From an uncultured Clostridium sp. (lineage in GTDB: Bacteria; Bacillota; Clostridia; TANB77; CAG-508), in the NCBI GenBank assembly GCA_947647595.1, contig CANSKZ010000005.1:53569-117568 (forward strand): DNA of 64,000 bases, in the 5' to 3' direction. Both the position numbers and the translations under genes were made by a program. A model generated the notes under the pieces. It was not told the DNA's origin. It did not search any database and saw nothing but the letters and a program-made list of their open reading frames with translations. Below, piece after piece: positions 22,784 through 35,818 of this stretch. Numbering within the stretch: the stretch's first letter is position 1; each line of letters starts with the position of its first letter.

Positions 22784-23263
22784 TTACTTTTTTGTTACAA
22801 GAATGTTACATTCTTCATTTTCATAATCTATAATGGTGCTATTAGGATTTTCTCCCTCTTCTTCAACCACAAGTTGCATCTTTTTATCTTGTAAAACATC
22901 TTTATTAATATCGCATTCTATTTTTGATTCGATATTATTTTCAGTTGCCTTTATATTATAAATTTCATGTTCTTCTCCCTTTTCATCTTTTTGCTTTGTA
23001 ACAGTATAATTATCTTTATTGAGTTTTACAACCACAATTTCTTCATATTTTTCTCTAATATCTTCTACCAACTTTCCATCGGTTGCTGCATTAACTGACA
23101 ACAAGCTACCAGATAATAAAATCACTGCTACAGCGCACATCGAAATCACGCGTTTTCTTGCTCTTAATTTCATACTTTCCTCTCTTTCTAAATTAGATAC
23201 AACTATTTTATTTCGGACATTTTTCATTATTCTCTTATTTAATTCCTGATTTTCCATAGTCAT
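22784..23263 (-). CDS. Putative anti-sigma factor / membrane protein
   Basis: 159 aa. It overlaps the 3' end of the ECF sigma gene, with a single TM helix after a short cytoplasmic segment. Confidence 0.45.
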   Translation of the reverse strand: MTMENQELNKRIMKNVRNKIVVSNLEREESMKLRARKRVISMCAVAVILLSGSLLSVNAATDGKLVEDIREKYEEIVVVKLNKDNYTVTKQKDEKGEEHEIYNIKATENNIESKIECDINKDVLQDKKMQLVVEEEGENPNSTIIDYENEECNILVTKK

Positions 23264-23798
23264 ACCCTCTTTCTTTTAATTTCTTTTTAATTTTTTTGCG
23301 AAGCCTATGCAATGTTACTTTTACTTTCGTTTCCGAAATCTTAAGCTCACGTGAGATTTCTTTTACCTTTTGAGAACGATAATAAAATCGCATAAAAATT
23401 TGTTGTTCCTGTAATTTCATATTTTCTACTGTCTCTTCTATGATTTTGCTTTTTTCATTTTCTTCTATTAAATATAAAATATCAATCTCATCACTTATTT
23501 GATTATCACAGTCCTCAAGATTTCCAAAATGTTTTTCAAAATTTATGGTTCGATATTTTTTTCGCACCAAATTTTTTGTAATGCCCATCAAATATGGTTT
23601 TACTTTCATTTCTTTATCCATTCGTTCATAATTTTTCCAAAAAATCACAAACACATCTGATAAAATTTCCTCTATATCTTCCTGATTACTCATACCATTT
23701 TTTAAAATGGTATAAACATAACCATTGTAAGTTTCTATGATTTCTTCTATATTCAATTGATTCTCATTCTCAAAATCAGCAACAGTTTTTGGCTCCAA
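23235..23798 (-). CDS. ECF-type RNA polymerase sigma-70 factor
   Basis: 187 aa with a region 2-like segment and a C-terminal region 4 HTH (QKVKEISRELKISETKVKVTLHRLRKK). Confidence 0.8.
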   Translation of the reverse strand: MEPKTVADFENENQLNIEEIIETYNGYVYTILKNGMSNQEDIEEILSDVFVIFWKNYERMDKEMKVKPYLMGITKNLVRKKYRTINFEKHFGNLEDCDNQISDEIDILYLIEENEKSKIIEETVENMKLQEQQIFMRFYYRSQKVKEISRELKISETKVKVTLHRLRKKIKKKLKERGYDYGKSGIK

Positions 23799-23884
23799 TT
23801 TAAGTTTAAACTCCTTTATTGAAAAGTACTTTCATTTATACAATCCCTTTTTTTCCAAAAAGGTTACAAAAATCTTAACATAAA

Positions 23885-24796
23885 TTATTCTTCCCCATAC
23901 ATTTTACCTTCCGAATCCAATTGAATTTCATAACCATACTCAAAAATATATGCCATACTAAACAAAAATAAAATATAAATCAAATCCAACAAATCCAATC
24001 CAAGCTTCAAATCCTCACCAATAATTTTTTCTGCCATGACACCAGCAATATTAGGCAACAAAATTAACGCAATCATAAAAATCGCCATTTTCTTAATATG
24101 GTTCACATTTTCTAGCGTAAACGGCGTTTCCCCCTGATGAATATTCACAAACAAACACTCCAAATGTCTCAACATTTTTCTAATCAAAACTAACATGATT
24201 AGCATAACAACAAATATAACTTCCACCCAACCAATGAATTCAAACTTAGAATCAAAATGAAACATTCTATTTTTTACGTTTACCATTTCTTTCTCATTTT
24301 CTATTCTCTGTTTTTGTTCTTTTATGGTAACTTCCATACCTGCATTTTCACCATATTTATATTCTAATTTCTGCCCAAAAATTTCAATGGTATCATCCGT
24401 GATTTTCACATTGTTTATCACAACTGGCACGATTCCCATTATAATAATTAAACAAATCAAACCTAGCATACAAAAAATTCTGCCAATTCTTGCTATTACA
24501 TAAATAACTTTGCTTAACAGTTTCACCTTTTCCTGTTTTTCCTTTTTAAATTTTACTACCTTCATTTTTATCTCTTCATCTAATGCATTAAAATCGGTGA
24601 TTTCTTGGTGCACCAAATCATTTAATTTACAATGGAAAATATGGCACAACTGCAAAATATGCTCCATTTCTGGATAACTTTCTCCACATTCCCATTTCGA
24701 AACACTTTGTCTTGATACCCCTACTTTTTCCGCCAATTTCTCCTGAGATAGCTTTTTGGCCTTTCGCAAATTTCTCAAATTATCTCCAAATTTCAT
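23885..24796 (-). CDS. XRE-family HTH regulator fused to a multi-TM (DUF2975-like) domain
   Basis: LRNLRKAKKLSQEKLAEKVGVSRQSVSKWECGESYP HTH followed by 4-5 hydrophobic helices. Start is the ATG at 24796, behind a GGAGGAAG RBS. Confidence 0.75.
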   Translation of the reverse strand: MKFGDNLRNLRKAKKLSQEKLAEKVGVSRQSVSKWECGESYPEMEHILQLCHIFHCKLNDLVHQEITDFNALDEEIKMKVVKFKKEKQEKVKLLSKVIYVIARIGRIFCMLGLICLIIIMGIVPVVINNVKITDDTIEIFGQKLEYKYGENAGMEVTIKEQKQRIENEKEMVNVKNRMFHFDSKFEFIGWVEVIFVVMLIMLVLIRKMLRHLECLFVNIHQGETPFTLENVNHIKKMAIFMIALILLPNIAGVMAEKIIGEDLKLGLDLLDLIYILFLFSMAYIFEYGYEIQLDSEGKMYGEE

Positions 24797-24965
24797 TAGA
24801 TTACTTCCTCCTTCATATTTAGGATAAAACTTTTTAAGCCTTTTTTCTACCAACTTTTTGTTGCATTTTATTAAAATATCCTTTTGCAACTTAAAGTTGC
24901 AAAATTCATTTCTTTTTTATCCTATCATAAAAGGAAGTAATGTTCAAATCATTACTTCCTTTTCC

Positions 24966-25631
24966 TTATATTTCTTTTTCAAAATGTTGATAATCTGGAT
25001 TTTTCCATTCACCGCCCCATTTCCAACCTCGTTTAATAAACGCCTGATAGACTGCATCACCTTTTTCTATCATACCTTTTTCTCGATTCTCTCGATTGGC
25101 AAACTTTTCCGAAACGCTGGGATACACGATTCCATTTTTAATTTGCGGATTTTGCAAAGGATTAATATCAATCGCACAACCTTTGGCATGATTCGACAAT
25201 CGATTCGTTCCTTCTACTAAACGATAACAAAATCCAGAGCTATTGTTGGCTTCCATTGATTTTACATCATTGGCATCATATTGGTCAATTCTTTCTACTT
25301 TTTCAATAGGATATTTCTTTTCATACAGTTCCCTAAAAATTTCCACAACTTCCTCACCTAACTTTTGATGAACAACAATTTCGCCTTGATGCAGTTTTTC
25401 ATCAAATCCATAATAACTAACCGTTACATACGCCAAATCTTTTGTATCAATTTGTGCATTTTCTGGAAGTGATTTCCCTTTCATGTCATTTTGTATTTCT
25501 TCTGGAATCGTAGAACAACTAAAAATCGGTTTTCTTTCCCATTCTTGCTGTTTTATAATTTCCACATTTTGTTGATTAAAATTTACTATCATATTCATTA
25601 TCATCCCTATCAGAAATATTGTTTTATTCAT
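24966..25631 (-). CDS. M15-family D-Ala-D-Ala carboxypeptidase/dipeptidase-like metallopeptidase
   Basis: 221 aa. SNHAKGCAIDINP matches the zinc-binding SxHxxGxAxD motif of VanY/M15 peptidases. Confidence 0.7.
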   Translation of the reverse strand: MNKTIFLIGMIMNMIVNFNQQNVEIIKQQEWERKPIFSCSTIPEEIQNDMKGKSLPENAQIDTKDLAYVTVSYYGFDEKLHQGEIVVHQKLGEEVVEIFRELYEKKYPIEKVERIDQYDANDVKSMEANNSSGFCYRLVEGTNRLSNHAKGCAIDINPLQNPQIKNGIVYPSVSEKFANRENREKGMIEKGDAVYQAFIKRGWKWGGEWKNPDYQHFEKEI

Positions 25632-25701
25632 ATTATACTATATGTTGTTTAGAGAAAAATAGACGTTGGGGATAAATAAACTAATTTTAAAAAAATACAT
25701 C

Positions 25702-25727
25702 AAAAGTGACCCCATTAGGTCACTTTT
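25702..25727 (-). terminator. Terminator hairpin after the 25740..26678 gene
   Basis: aaaagtgacc / ggtcactttt 10-bp stem with a 6-nt loop. Confidence 0.55.
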
Positions 25728-25739
25728 GTGAAATTCAAA

Positions 25740-26678
25740 TCAAGTATTCTCTGATAAAAACGTTTTTAAATCCTTTGATAATAAAAATCTAAATCTACGA
25801 CTCTCTCTTTCATTTATTTTTTGTGTAGAAATATGTTTTTTAACAATACCATTTTCCACATTAATTTGAGAAGAAATCTCTTCTTTTATTTTTGCTACAA
25901 TAGAAATAGAAATATTTTTCTCCTTAACTTGTGTGCATAGCCATACTAATATAGGAAATACATCATTATAGCAAGACTTTGTTTCCGCAATTTCTAAAAG
26001 ATATTTTTGAACCTTTTTATCCAAATCATCATTCATTGTCGGATAAGTAATTACTATTTGTCTATCATATTTATATGACTTTGATATAGCTATTGTAGTA
26101 ACCTTTTTGGTATCGTAAGAAATATTAACAGAAACATCTTTATTATTACCATTCCTGTCAATTTCTAATATTCCGGTTTCGAGAAATGAAATGCCATCAT
26201 CTTTAAATATTTTAAATGTAAAATCTCTATCAACAAATGGCTCTAATGTACTGTTTCGTCTGCCTATTACATAAATATCAGAATAATACCCATCATTTAT
26301 CAAATAGTATTTTTCTTGTTTACTATCTATCAAATATGCGTGTATTGAAAAAAGACCAGTGCATTCTATCACTTTAACTGGAAACTGAACCTCATCTAAT
26401 TGGGTAAATAAATCTTTAAATTTCCTAACTTTTATGTGTTTGTATTTCTGTAAATTTAGAACCCAAATCGCAAAACTTTCTTTGCAACTATTTTCTACAG
26501 ACTTATTTTTAAAATTAACTCCTTCGAAAAACTTAGACCGTAATAGATACAATAACATTACTTTAAATTTGTTTCTTAATACATCACATACGGATATTAT
26601 TCTTTCTTGTAAATTTTCCTTTTTTGATTTCATAATTTTCCTCCTTTTTTGTAATAACAAAAATGAATTACTACCCAA
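25740..26678 (-). CDS. Hypothetical protein
   Basis: 312-aa ORF with no recognisable domain. It contains one in-frame CGG (ccg 26538..26540) that does NOT coincide with a frame break. Confidence 0.5.
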   Translation of the reverse strand: MGSNSFLLLQKRRKIMKSKKENLQERIISVCDVLRNKFKVMLLYLLRSKFFEGVNFKNKSVENSCKESFAIWVLNLQKYKHIKVRKFKDLFTQLDEVQFPVKVIECTGLFSIHAYLIDSKQEKYYLINDGYYSDIYVIGRRNSTLEPFVDRDFTFKIFKDDGISFLETGILEIDRNGNNKDVSVNISYDTKKVTTIAISKSYKYDRQIVITYPTMNDDLDKKVQKYLLEIAETKSCYNDVFPILVWLCTQVKEKNISISIVAKIKEEISSQINVENGIVKKHISTQKINERESRRFRFLLSKDLKTFLSENT

Positions 26679-26879
26679 TTTTGCTATATTCTATCACAAC
26701 AATATACATAAGTCAATTTAAATAAGAGCTTGTATCATATTATGATATGGGAGTAACTTATATAAAGAAATGATGTTTTATGTACTTATTATAGCGGACA
26801 TGAAATAAATAATATATATAATATCTGCATAAATAAAAAATGTCCTTATAGAACATTACATCCTATAAGAACTTCTTAT

Positions 26880-26954
26880 TGGCTGGGCTGGTGGGATTCG
26901 AACACACGCATGCCAGAGTCAAAGTCTGGTGCCTTACCGCTTGGCTACAGCCCA
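26880..26954 (-). tRNA. tRNA-Gln (anticodon UUG)
   Basis: Reverse complement TGGGCTGTAGCCAAGCGGTAAGGCA...CTTTGAC anticodon loop...GTTCGAATCC...CAGCCCAGCCA. Confidence 0.9.
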
Positions 26955-26977
26955 ATATGTTAATCAAATTTAATAAA

Positions 26978-27055
26978 TGGGGTGGAAGATGGGACTCGAA
27001 CCCACGGTCTCCAGTGCCACAAACTGGCGCGTTAACCAGCTACGCTACATCCACC
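26978..27055 (-). tRNA. tRNA-His (anticodon GUG) with G-1
   Basis: Reverse complement GGTGGATGTAGCGTAGCTGGTTAACGC...anticodon loop TTGTGGC...GGTTCGAGTCC...CCACCCCA. An extra 5' G is typical of tRNA-His. Confidence 0.9.
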
Positions 27056-27208
27056 ATTTATTATTTGCATTTTTTCAAGTGCTATTCTATTTTAAAACAT
27101 TATTTCTCATTTGTCAATATTATTTTTGTTTTTTTTCCATTATTTTAGAAGAAAAGCAGAAATAATTTCTTACCTCTGCCATTTTATCCATTCATTTTCA
27201 AGTAATCA

Positions 27209-27691
27209 TTAGTTCATTGCTTTAATCGTAAAATCATAAGCATTTGCAAAATCTTCTGGATTTGCAATACTCAATGGAACCGTTTGCCCTGGTTCTACAT
27301 CACCAATTACACCTGTGATTGTTTTGATTTCTTTTCCACCTTTTTCTAATAAAGTTACTTCAACATTTGTAACATTCGCTTTTTCAGAACCAATATTTTT
27401 TACATCTCCAACCAATAATGATTGTCCATCTTGTACTGTTAAATGAATATTGGATATTTCATAATTTCCAAATGTTTTTGTTTGTGCTAATTTATCACTC
27501 GTATTTTGTTTTGTACCATCTTCTAATACTTCTACAAACTCGCCTACTACTTCTCCTCTTATATTTTCTCCTGTTCCAACATTTCCGCCATTTGTATTAT
27601 TTTTCTTATTTCTCATATTCACTAATACTGCTATAATAATTATTCCAATAATTACTAATAATAATATCATTCTTCTTTCCTTCTTTTTCAT
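27209..27691 (-). CDS. Membrane-anchored hypothetical protein
   Basis: 160 aa. N-terminal TM helix and a beta-rich extracytoplasmic domain. Confidence 0.5.
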   Translation of the reverse strand: MKKKERRMILLLVIIGIIIIAVLVNMRNKKNNTNGGNVGTGENIRGEVVGEFVEVLEDGTKQNTSDKLAQTKTFGNYEISNIHLTVQDGQSLLVGDVKNIGSEKANVTNVEVTLLEKGGKEIKTITGVIGDVEPGQTVPLSIANPEDFANAYDFTIKAMN

Positions 27692-27877
27692 TTGTTCTAC
27701 CTCCCTAAATCTTCTTTAAAATTTAAACAATAATTTACAATAATAAGTATATTTTAAAATGAAGACATTGTCAATATAAAAAATAAAATTTTTTGTAACC
27801 AATTTTCCCATTTCGAATATTATATAACATACAAATGATTTTTGAAAAGAATCATCATTAAAAAGGGGGGAAATACT

Positions 27878-27997
27878 ATGCCAGAAAACAGAGGATGCGG
27901 ATGTGGATTCGGTTTTGACAGTGACTGCATTTGGATAATTGTTCTTATCTTAATATTATGCTGTTGCTGTGGTGGAAACAACAGAGGATGTTGCTAA
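27878..27997 (+). CDS. 39-aa Cys/Gly-rich small membrane peptide (below the ORF-track cutoff)
   Basis: ATG at 27878, 8 nt after AAAAAGGGGGGAAA. Product MPENRGCGCGFGFDSDCIWIIVLILILCCCCGGNNRGCC. Followed by its own terminator at 28021..28050. Confidence 0.55.
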   Translation: MPENRGCGCGFGFDSDCIWIIVLILILCCCCGGNNRGCC

Positions 27998-28020
27998 TTC
28001 CATACGCTTAAAACGCAAAA

Positions 28021-28050
28021 AAGGAAGCTTTTTGATAAAGCTTCCTTTTT
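28021..28050 (+). terminator. Rho-independent terminator of the Cys-rich micro-ORF
   Basis: aaggaagctt / aagcttcctt 10-bp stem followed by ttt. Confidence 0.6.
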
Positions 28051-28079
28051 CTTTATGCTTTTTTATCGTTTTCCCAAAA

Positions 28080-28106
28080 AAGCCCACGTTTATTAAACGT
28101 GGGCTT
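28080..28106 (-). terminator. groESL terminator
   Basis: aagcccacgtt / aacgtgggctt stem. On the minus strand it is followed by TTTTTT. Confidence 0.65.
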
Positions 28107-28149
28107 CTTTTAATTATATTTTATCACATTTTTGTCATATTGTCAACTA

Positions 28150-29817
<1,668 letters not shown>

Positions 29818-29850
29818 TTAGTTTAGTAAACAAATCTTACCTGTACATTT

Positions 29851-30135
<285 letters not shown>

Positions 30136-30157
30136 TTATTCCTCCTTTATAAATAAA

Positions 30158-30184
30158 TTAGCAGTCTATATGTTCGACTGCTAA
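30158..30184 (-). promoter_or_regulatory. CIRCE operator (HrcA binding site)
   Basis: TTAGCAGTC-N9-GACTGCTAA is a perfect inverted repeat matching the CIRCE consensus TTAGCACTC-N9-GAGTGCTAA. It lies 26 nt upstream of groES. Confidence 0.85.
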
Positions 30185-30221
30185 TACTTTATACCCATTT
30201 TTAAAAAATGTCAATAGTTTT

Positions 30222-30842
30222 TTAGGATTTTTTTAATTGAATATGATTTATATTCCAACCTACAATTTTAATCCCATATTCTTTAAAAATATTGATACTT
30301 GAACGAATGGCTTCCTCTTTTATTTTATATTCCTCTGGATGCTCTTTTATGAATAAAGTAACGATTTTCGTAATTCTTTCACGAATCTGCTCTAATAATT
30401 CTTCTCGTGAATAATAACTTCTTACTTGAATTACTTTATTAAATAATTTAATTGGTTGTTCAATTTGAAATTCAAACATGCCTTCTCCCTGAAAATGATT
30501 CATGAATTTCTTTTTGAGATAAATTTTATTATGCGTAATAATATTCAGGTTGAAAAATAATATGCATAATTGATCTTGATTATTTTTTATTTTATAGTCA
30601 TTTAATTCTTCTGGGAAAGAAGAATTGGGTTCTGTTTTTATCGTATAAATTCCTTCTTCTTTTACCAAATCATAAATTTGCCCTTTTTCAAAAAGAACGG
30701 CACATTGATTGTTTTTTAGTTTTAGCAAATAATGTTGATTTTCATCTAGCTTTTGTTTATAGACTAAAATATTATTATCTAGTTTCGTGCATTCGATGAT
30801 TTGATATTCTTCATCATCTTCCAAACGTTTTGAAAAATGCAT
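30222..30842 (-). CDS. Hypothetical protein
   Basis: 206-aa ORF. There is a weak resemblance to SPFH/virion-core-like N-termini that I cannot substantiate. Confidence 0.45.
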   Translation of the reverse strand: MHFSKRLEDDEEYQIIECTKLDNNILVYKQKLDENQHYLLKLKNNQCAVLFEKGQIYDLVKEEGIYTIKTEPNSSFPEELNDYKIKNNQDQLCILFFNLNIITHNKIYLKKKFMNHFQGEGMFEFQIEQPIKLFNKVIQVRSYYSREELLEQIRERITKIVTLFIKEHPEEYKIKEEAIRSSINIFKEYGIKIVGWNINHIQLKKS

Positions 30843-30863
30843 TTTATTTTTCCTTTCTGTATT

Positions 30864-32466
<1,603 letters not shown>

Positions 32467-32560
32467 AACTTTCTCCTTTTCCTTTATTTGATAAATTTCG
32501 CCAAAATAAATAAAAAACAGATTAAAATAAAGTTTTTTTTTAATCTGTTTTCGCCTGCTT

Positions 32561-32635
32561 TGGTGACCCCTACGGGAATCGAACCCATGATTCCACCTTG
32601 AGAGGGTGGCGTCTTAACCGCTTGACCAAGGGGCC
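32561..32635 (-). tRNA. tRNA-Glu (anticodon CUC)
   Basis: Reverse complement GGCCCCTTGGTCAAGCGGTTAAGACG CCACC CTCTCAA GGTGG ... GGTTCGATTCC ... AGGGGTCACCA. Confidence 0.85.
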
Positions 32636-32793
32636 ACATGTCTTTCTTTATTTATAACACAAATTTTTAAATTAGTCAATAGTTAAATCAAGCATCCTGC
32701 ATAAAATATATTATATTTTTTAGGTTTATTATGCTATTAATTTTATAGTAAACATTTTGTAATCAAAAAAGAGAAGAATTTTTACATTCTTCC

Positions 32794-35481
32794 CTAAAAA
32801 TCTTCTATTTTTTGCAATCTTTCCTCTACCGCCTTCAACATATTTTTATAATTTTCCAATTTAGCTTTTTCTTCTTCAATTTTAGCTTGTGGCGCTTTGG
32901 CAACAAATCCTGGATTTGATAGCATTTTCTCGCCTCTTGTGACCTCTGCTTGTAATTTCGCTTTCTCGTTTTCCAAACGCTTGATTTCCTCTTCTACATT
33001 AACCAACTCTTCAAACGGAATAAACACTTTCAAATCTTCCACTATAATTGAAATCGCATTTTCTGGAATTTCTTTCTCATCACTTTGTACCATAATTTCT
33101 GATGCAAAACCTAATTTACACAAAAACTCCTCTGATTCTTTTATCACGTTTTGTTTTTCCTTTGTCACAAAAATAAGTTTTGATTTTTTACTTGGATGAA
33201 CATTCATTGTACTACGTACATTTCGAATTTCCACAATCACTTTTTTCAAAATTTCTAATACATTTTCTTCTTCCTCAAAAACAAACTTATCTCTTAGCGT
33301 TGGCCATTTACTCATCATCAAATCTGGTGTTCCAAAACAAATCAATTGTGTATAAATTTCGGAAGTAACAAATGGCATAAATGGATGAAGCAATTTTAAA
33401 GCAGTTCCAAAAACATGGTTTAAAATATCACTTACAGCTACTTTTATCTTCTCATCTTCGCTATAAATTCTTGGTTTTACAATTTCAATATACCAATCGC
33501 AAAATTCGTTCCACAAGAAATTGTAAATTTTATCCAAAGCAACGCCCAAATCGTAATTTTCAATATTTTGCGTAACTTCTGATACCAATTTATCTAATTT
33601 ATTTAAAATCCATTTATCTTCTATTTTTAATAATTCTGCATTATAAGCTTTATTTTTTTCATATACTTCGTAGCAAAATTCTTTTACTTTTTCGTCATCT
33701 GCCAAATTCATCGTAATAAACTTCGCAGCATTCCAAATTTTATTCGCAAAATTCGAAGCTTGCTCCAATTTCTCTTTCGAAAAACGAATATCATTTCCCA
33801 TCGTAATTCCAGAAATCACGGAAAAACGTAGGCTATCTGCGCCATATTCATCAATTACATCCAATGGGTCAATTCCGTTGCCTAATGTTTTCGACATCTT
33901 TCGCCCTTGACTATCACGAATAATGCCATGAATCAGCACATCTTTAAATGGCTCTATTCCAGTAAATTCTAAACCTTGTGTCATCATTCTTGAAACCCAA
34001 AATGTAATAATATCAAACCCAGTTACCAATACATTGGTTGGATAATATCGTTTATAATCTTCCGATTCTTCATTTGGCCACCCCAATGTCGAAAACGGCC
34101 ACAAAGCTGAACTAAACCAAGTATCCAATGTATCTTCATCTTGCTTTAAATTTGTAGAATTACATTTTTCACATTTTTCTGGTTCAATTTTAGATACATT
34201 AATATGCCCACAATCTTCACAATAATACGCAGGAATTCGATGTCCCCACCACAATTGACGCGAAATACACCAGTCTTGGATATTATCTAACCAATGAAAA
34301 TACTGTTTTTCATAACGTTGTGGCACAAATCTTGTTTTTTCTTCTCGTACACTATCTGCAGCACGTTTTGCCAAATCCTTCATCGCCACAAACCATTGCT
34401 CCGAAATTTTCGGTTCAATCGTGTTTTTACATCTTTCACATTTAGCTACATTATGCGTATATTCTTCTTCCTTTACCAAAGCCCCAATTTCTTTTAATTT
34501 TTCGACAATTTTCTTTCTTGCCTCTAACAAATCCATTCCTTGATATTCTGGAATCAAATCTCCCATTTTGAAATTTTCATCAAAGACTTCAATCATTTCC
34601 AAATTGTGTCTTTTTCCTGCCTCATAATCGTTCATATCATGCGCAGGCGTTAATTTTACACAGCCTGTTCCAAATTCTTTTTCCACAAAATCATCTGCTA
34701 CAATTGGAATTTCTTTATTCATAATTGGCAAAATACACGTTTTTCCCACCAAATTTTGATATCTTTCATCTTCTGGGTGAACCGCAACGCCTGTATCACC
34801 AAGCATTGTTTCTGGACGTGTTGTCGCAACCGTTATATACTCATTTTCGGTTCCTGTAATTTTATAGCGGATATGCCACAAATGCGCATTTTCTTCTTTG
34901 TATTCCACTTCTGCATCAGAAATCGAAGTATTACAGCTGGTACACCAATTTACCATTCTTTTTCCTTTATAAATTAAACCTTTTCGATATAAATCCACAA
35001 ACTGTTCTAAAACGCTATCAGACATGCCTTCATCTAATGTAAAACGATTTCTTTCCCAATCACAAGAACAACCCAATTTCTTTTGTTGTTCTTGAATCAT
35101 ACCACCATATTTATGTGTCCAATTCCAAGCTTCTTCTAGGAATTTTTCTCGCCCCAATTCTTGTTTTGATTTTCCTTCTTCCTTTAATTTTTGAACCACT
35201 TTCATTTCTGTCGAAATGGAAGCATGGTCTGTTCCTGGAAGCCATAAAGTATCAAAACCTTGCATACGTTTAAAACGAATTAAAATATCCTGAATGGTTC
35301 CATCCAAGGCATGCCCCATGTGTAATTTTCCTGTTACATTTGGTGGTGGCATCATAATACAAAATGGCTCTTTGCTTGTATCTCTAGATGGTTTAAAATA
35401 GCCTTTTTTCTCCCAATCTTGATACAATCTTTCTTCAAAATCTTTCGGATTAAATTTGTCATTTAATTTGTGATAACTCAT
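32794..35481 (-). CDS. valS: Valine--tRNA ligase
   Basis: HIGH-type PPPNVTGKLHMGHAL, KMSKT, C-terminal coiled coil. The start is taken as MSYHKLN (35481) behind an AAGGAGGAATTG RBS. The longer ORF-track start overlaps the T-box terminator. Confidence 0.96.
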   Translation of the reverse strand: MSYHKLNDKFNPKDFEERLYQDWEKKGYFKPSRDTSKEPFCIMMPPPNVTGKLHMGHALDGTIQDILIRFKRMQGFDTLWLPGTDHASISTEMKVVQKLKEEGKSKQELGREKFLEEAWNWTHKYGGMIQEQQKKLGCSCDWERNRFTLDEGMSDSVLEQFVDLYRKGLIYKGKRMVNWCTSCNTSISDAEVEYKEENAHLWHIRYKITGTENEYITVATTRPETMLGDTGVAVHPEDERYQNLVGKTCILPIMNKEIPIVADDFVEKEFGTGCVKLTPAHDMNDYEAGKRHNLEMIEVFDENFKMGDLIPEYQGMDLLEARKKIVEKLKEIGALVKEEEYTHNVAKCERCKNTIEPKISEQWFVAMKDLAKRAADSVREEKTRFVPQRYEKQYFHWLDNIQDWCISRQLWWGHRIPAYYCEDCGHINVSKIEPEKCEKCNSTNLKQDEDTLDTWFSSALWPFSTLGWPNEESEDYKRYYPTNVLVTGFDIITFWVSRMMTQGLEFTGIEPFKDVLIHGIIRDSQGRKMSKTLGNGIDPLDVIDEYGADSLRFSVISGITMGNDIRFSKEKLEQASNFANKIWNAAKFITMNLADDEKVKEFCYEVYEKNKAYNAELLKIEDKWILNKLDKLVSEVTQNIENYDLGVALDKIYNFLWNEFCDWYIEIVKPRIYSEDEKIKVAVSDILNHVFGTALKLLHPFMPFVTSEIYTQLICFGTPDLMMSKWPTLRDKFVFEEEENVLEILKKVIVEIRNVRSTMNVHPSKKSKLIFVTKEKQNVIKESEEFLCKLGFASEIMVQSDEKEIPENAISIIVEDLKVFIPFEELVNVEEEIKRLENEKAKLQAEVTRGEKMLSNPGFVAKAPQAKIEEEKAKLENYKNMLKAVEERLQKIEDF

Positions 35482-35499
35482 AAACAATTCCTCCTTAAA

Positions 35500-35770
35500 A
35501 TAAACATAAGCCATCTCATCCACATAGGACGAAATGGCTTTAAATTCCGCGGTACCACCTAATTTAAAAGATTAGCAAATCTTTTCTCTTAAATGAGATT
35601 TTAACGTTTCTCAAACGAGCATAGCTACTTTCTAAAATTAGTTTCACTTATGCCAACTCCAAAGCTACCTTCTATCTATCTTTTCCATAAGAAGCTTTCA
35701 GCGCATCACTTCTTTTCTCTTGTCTGGAAGTCCTAGATTTACTCCTCTTTTTCATCGTTTTTTATCGATA
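35500..35770 (-). promoter_or_regulatory. T-box leader riboswitch of valS
   Basis: The minus strand contains AATTAGGTGGTACCGCGG (T-box sequence, plus 35547..35564), then a terminator hairpin (35508..35540). Upstream are AGAGA / GTGATGCGC stem I elements. The candidate specifier is GUA (Val) in AGAAGGUAGC (plus 35666..35668). Confidence 0.8.
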
Positions 35771-35775
35771 TTGTT

Positions 35776-35804
35776 ATTTTACACCTTTTTTTCCAAAAAG
35801 TCAA
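35776..35804 (-). promoter_or_regulatory. Sigma-A-type promoter of the valS leader
   Basis: Minus strand TTGACT-17 nt-TAAAAT. Confidence 0.5.
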
Positions 35805-35818
35805 TCTTTTTTTACTTT

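Noticed and set aside
35482-35523. N-terminal 14-codon extension of valS in the ORF track (MDEMAYVYFKEELF)
   Set aside because: The extension overlaps the T-box terminator hairpin. The internal ATG at 35481 has a strong AAGGAGG RBS and matches the usual ValS N-terminus.
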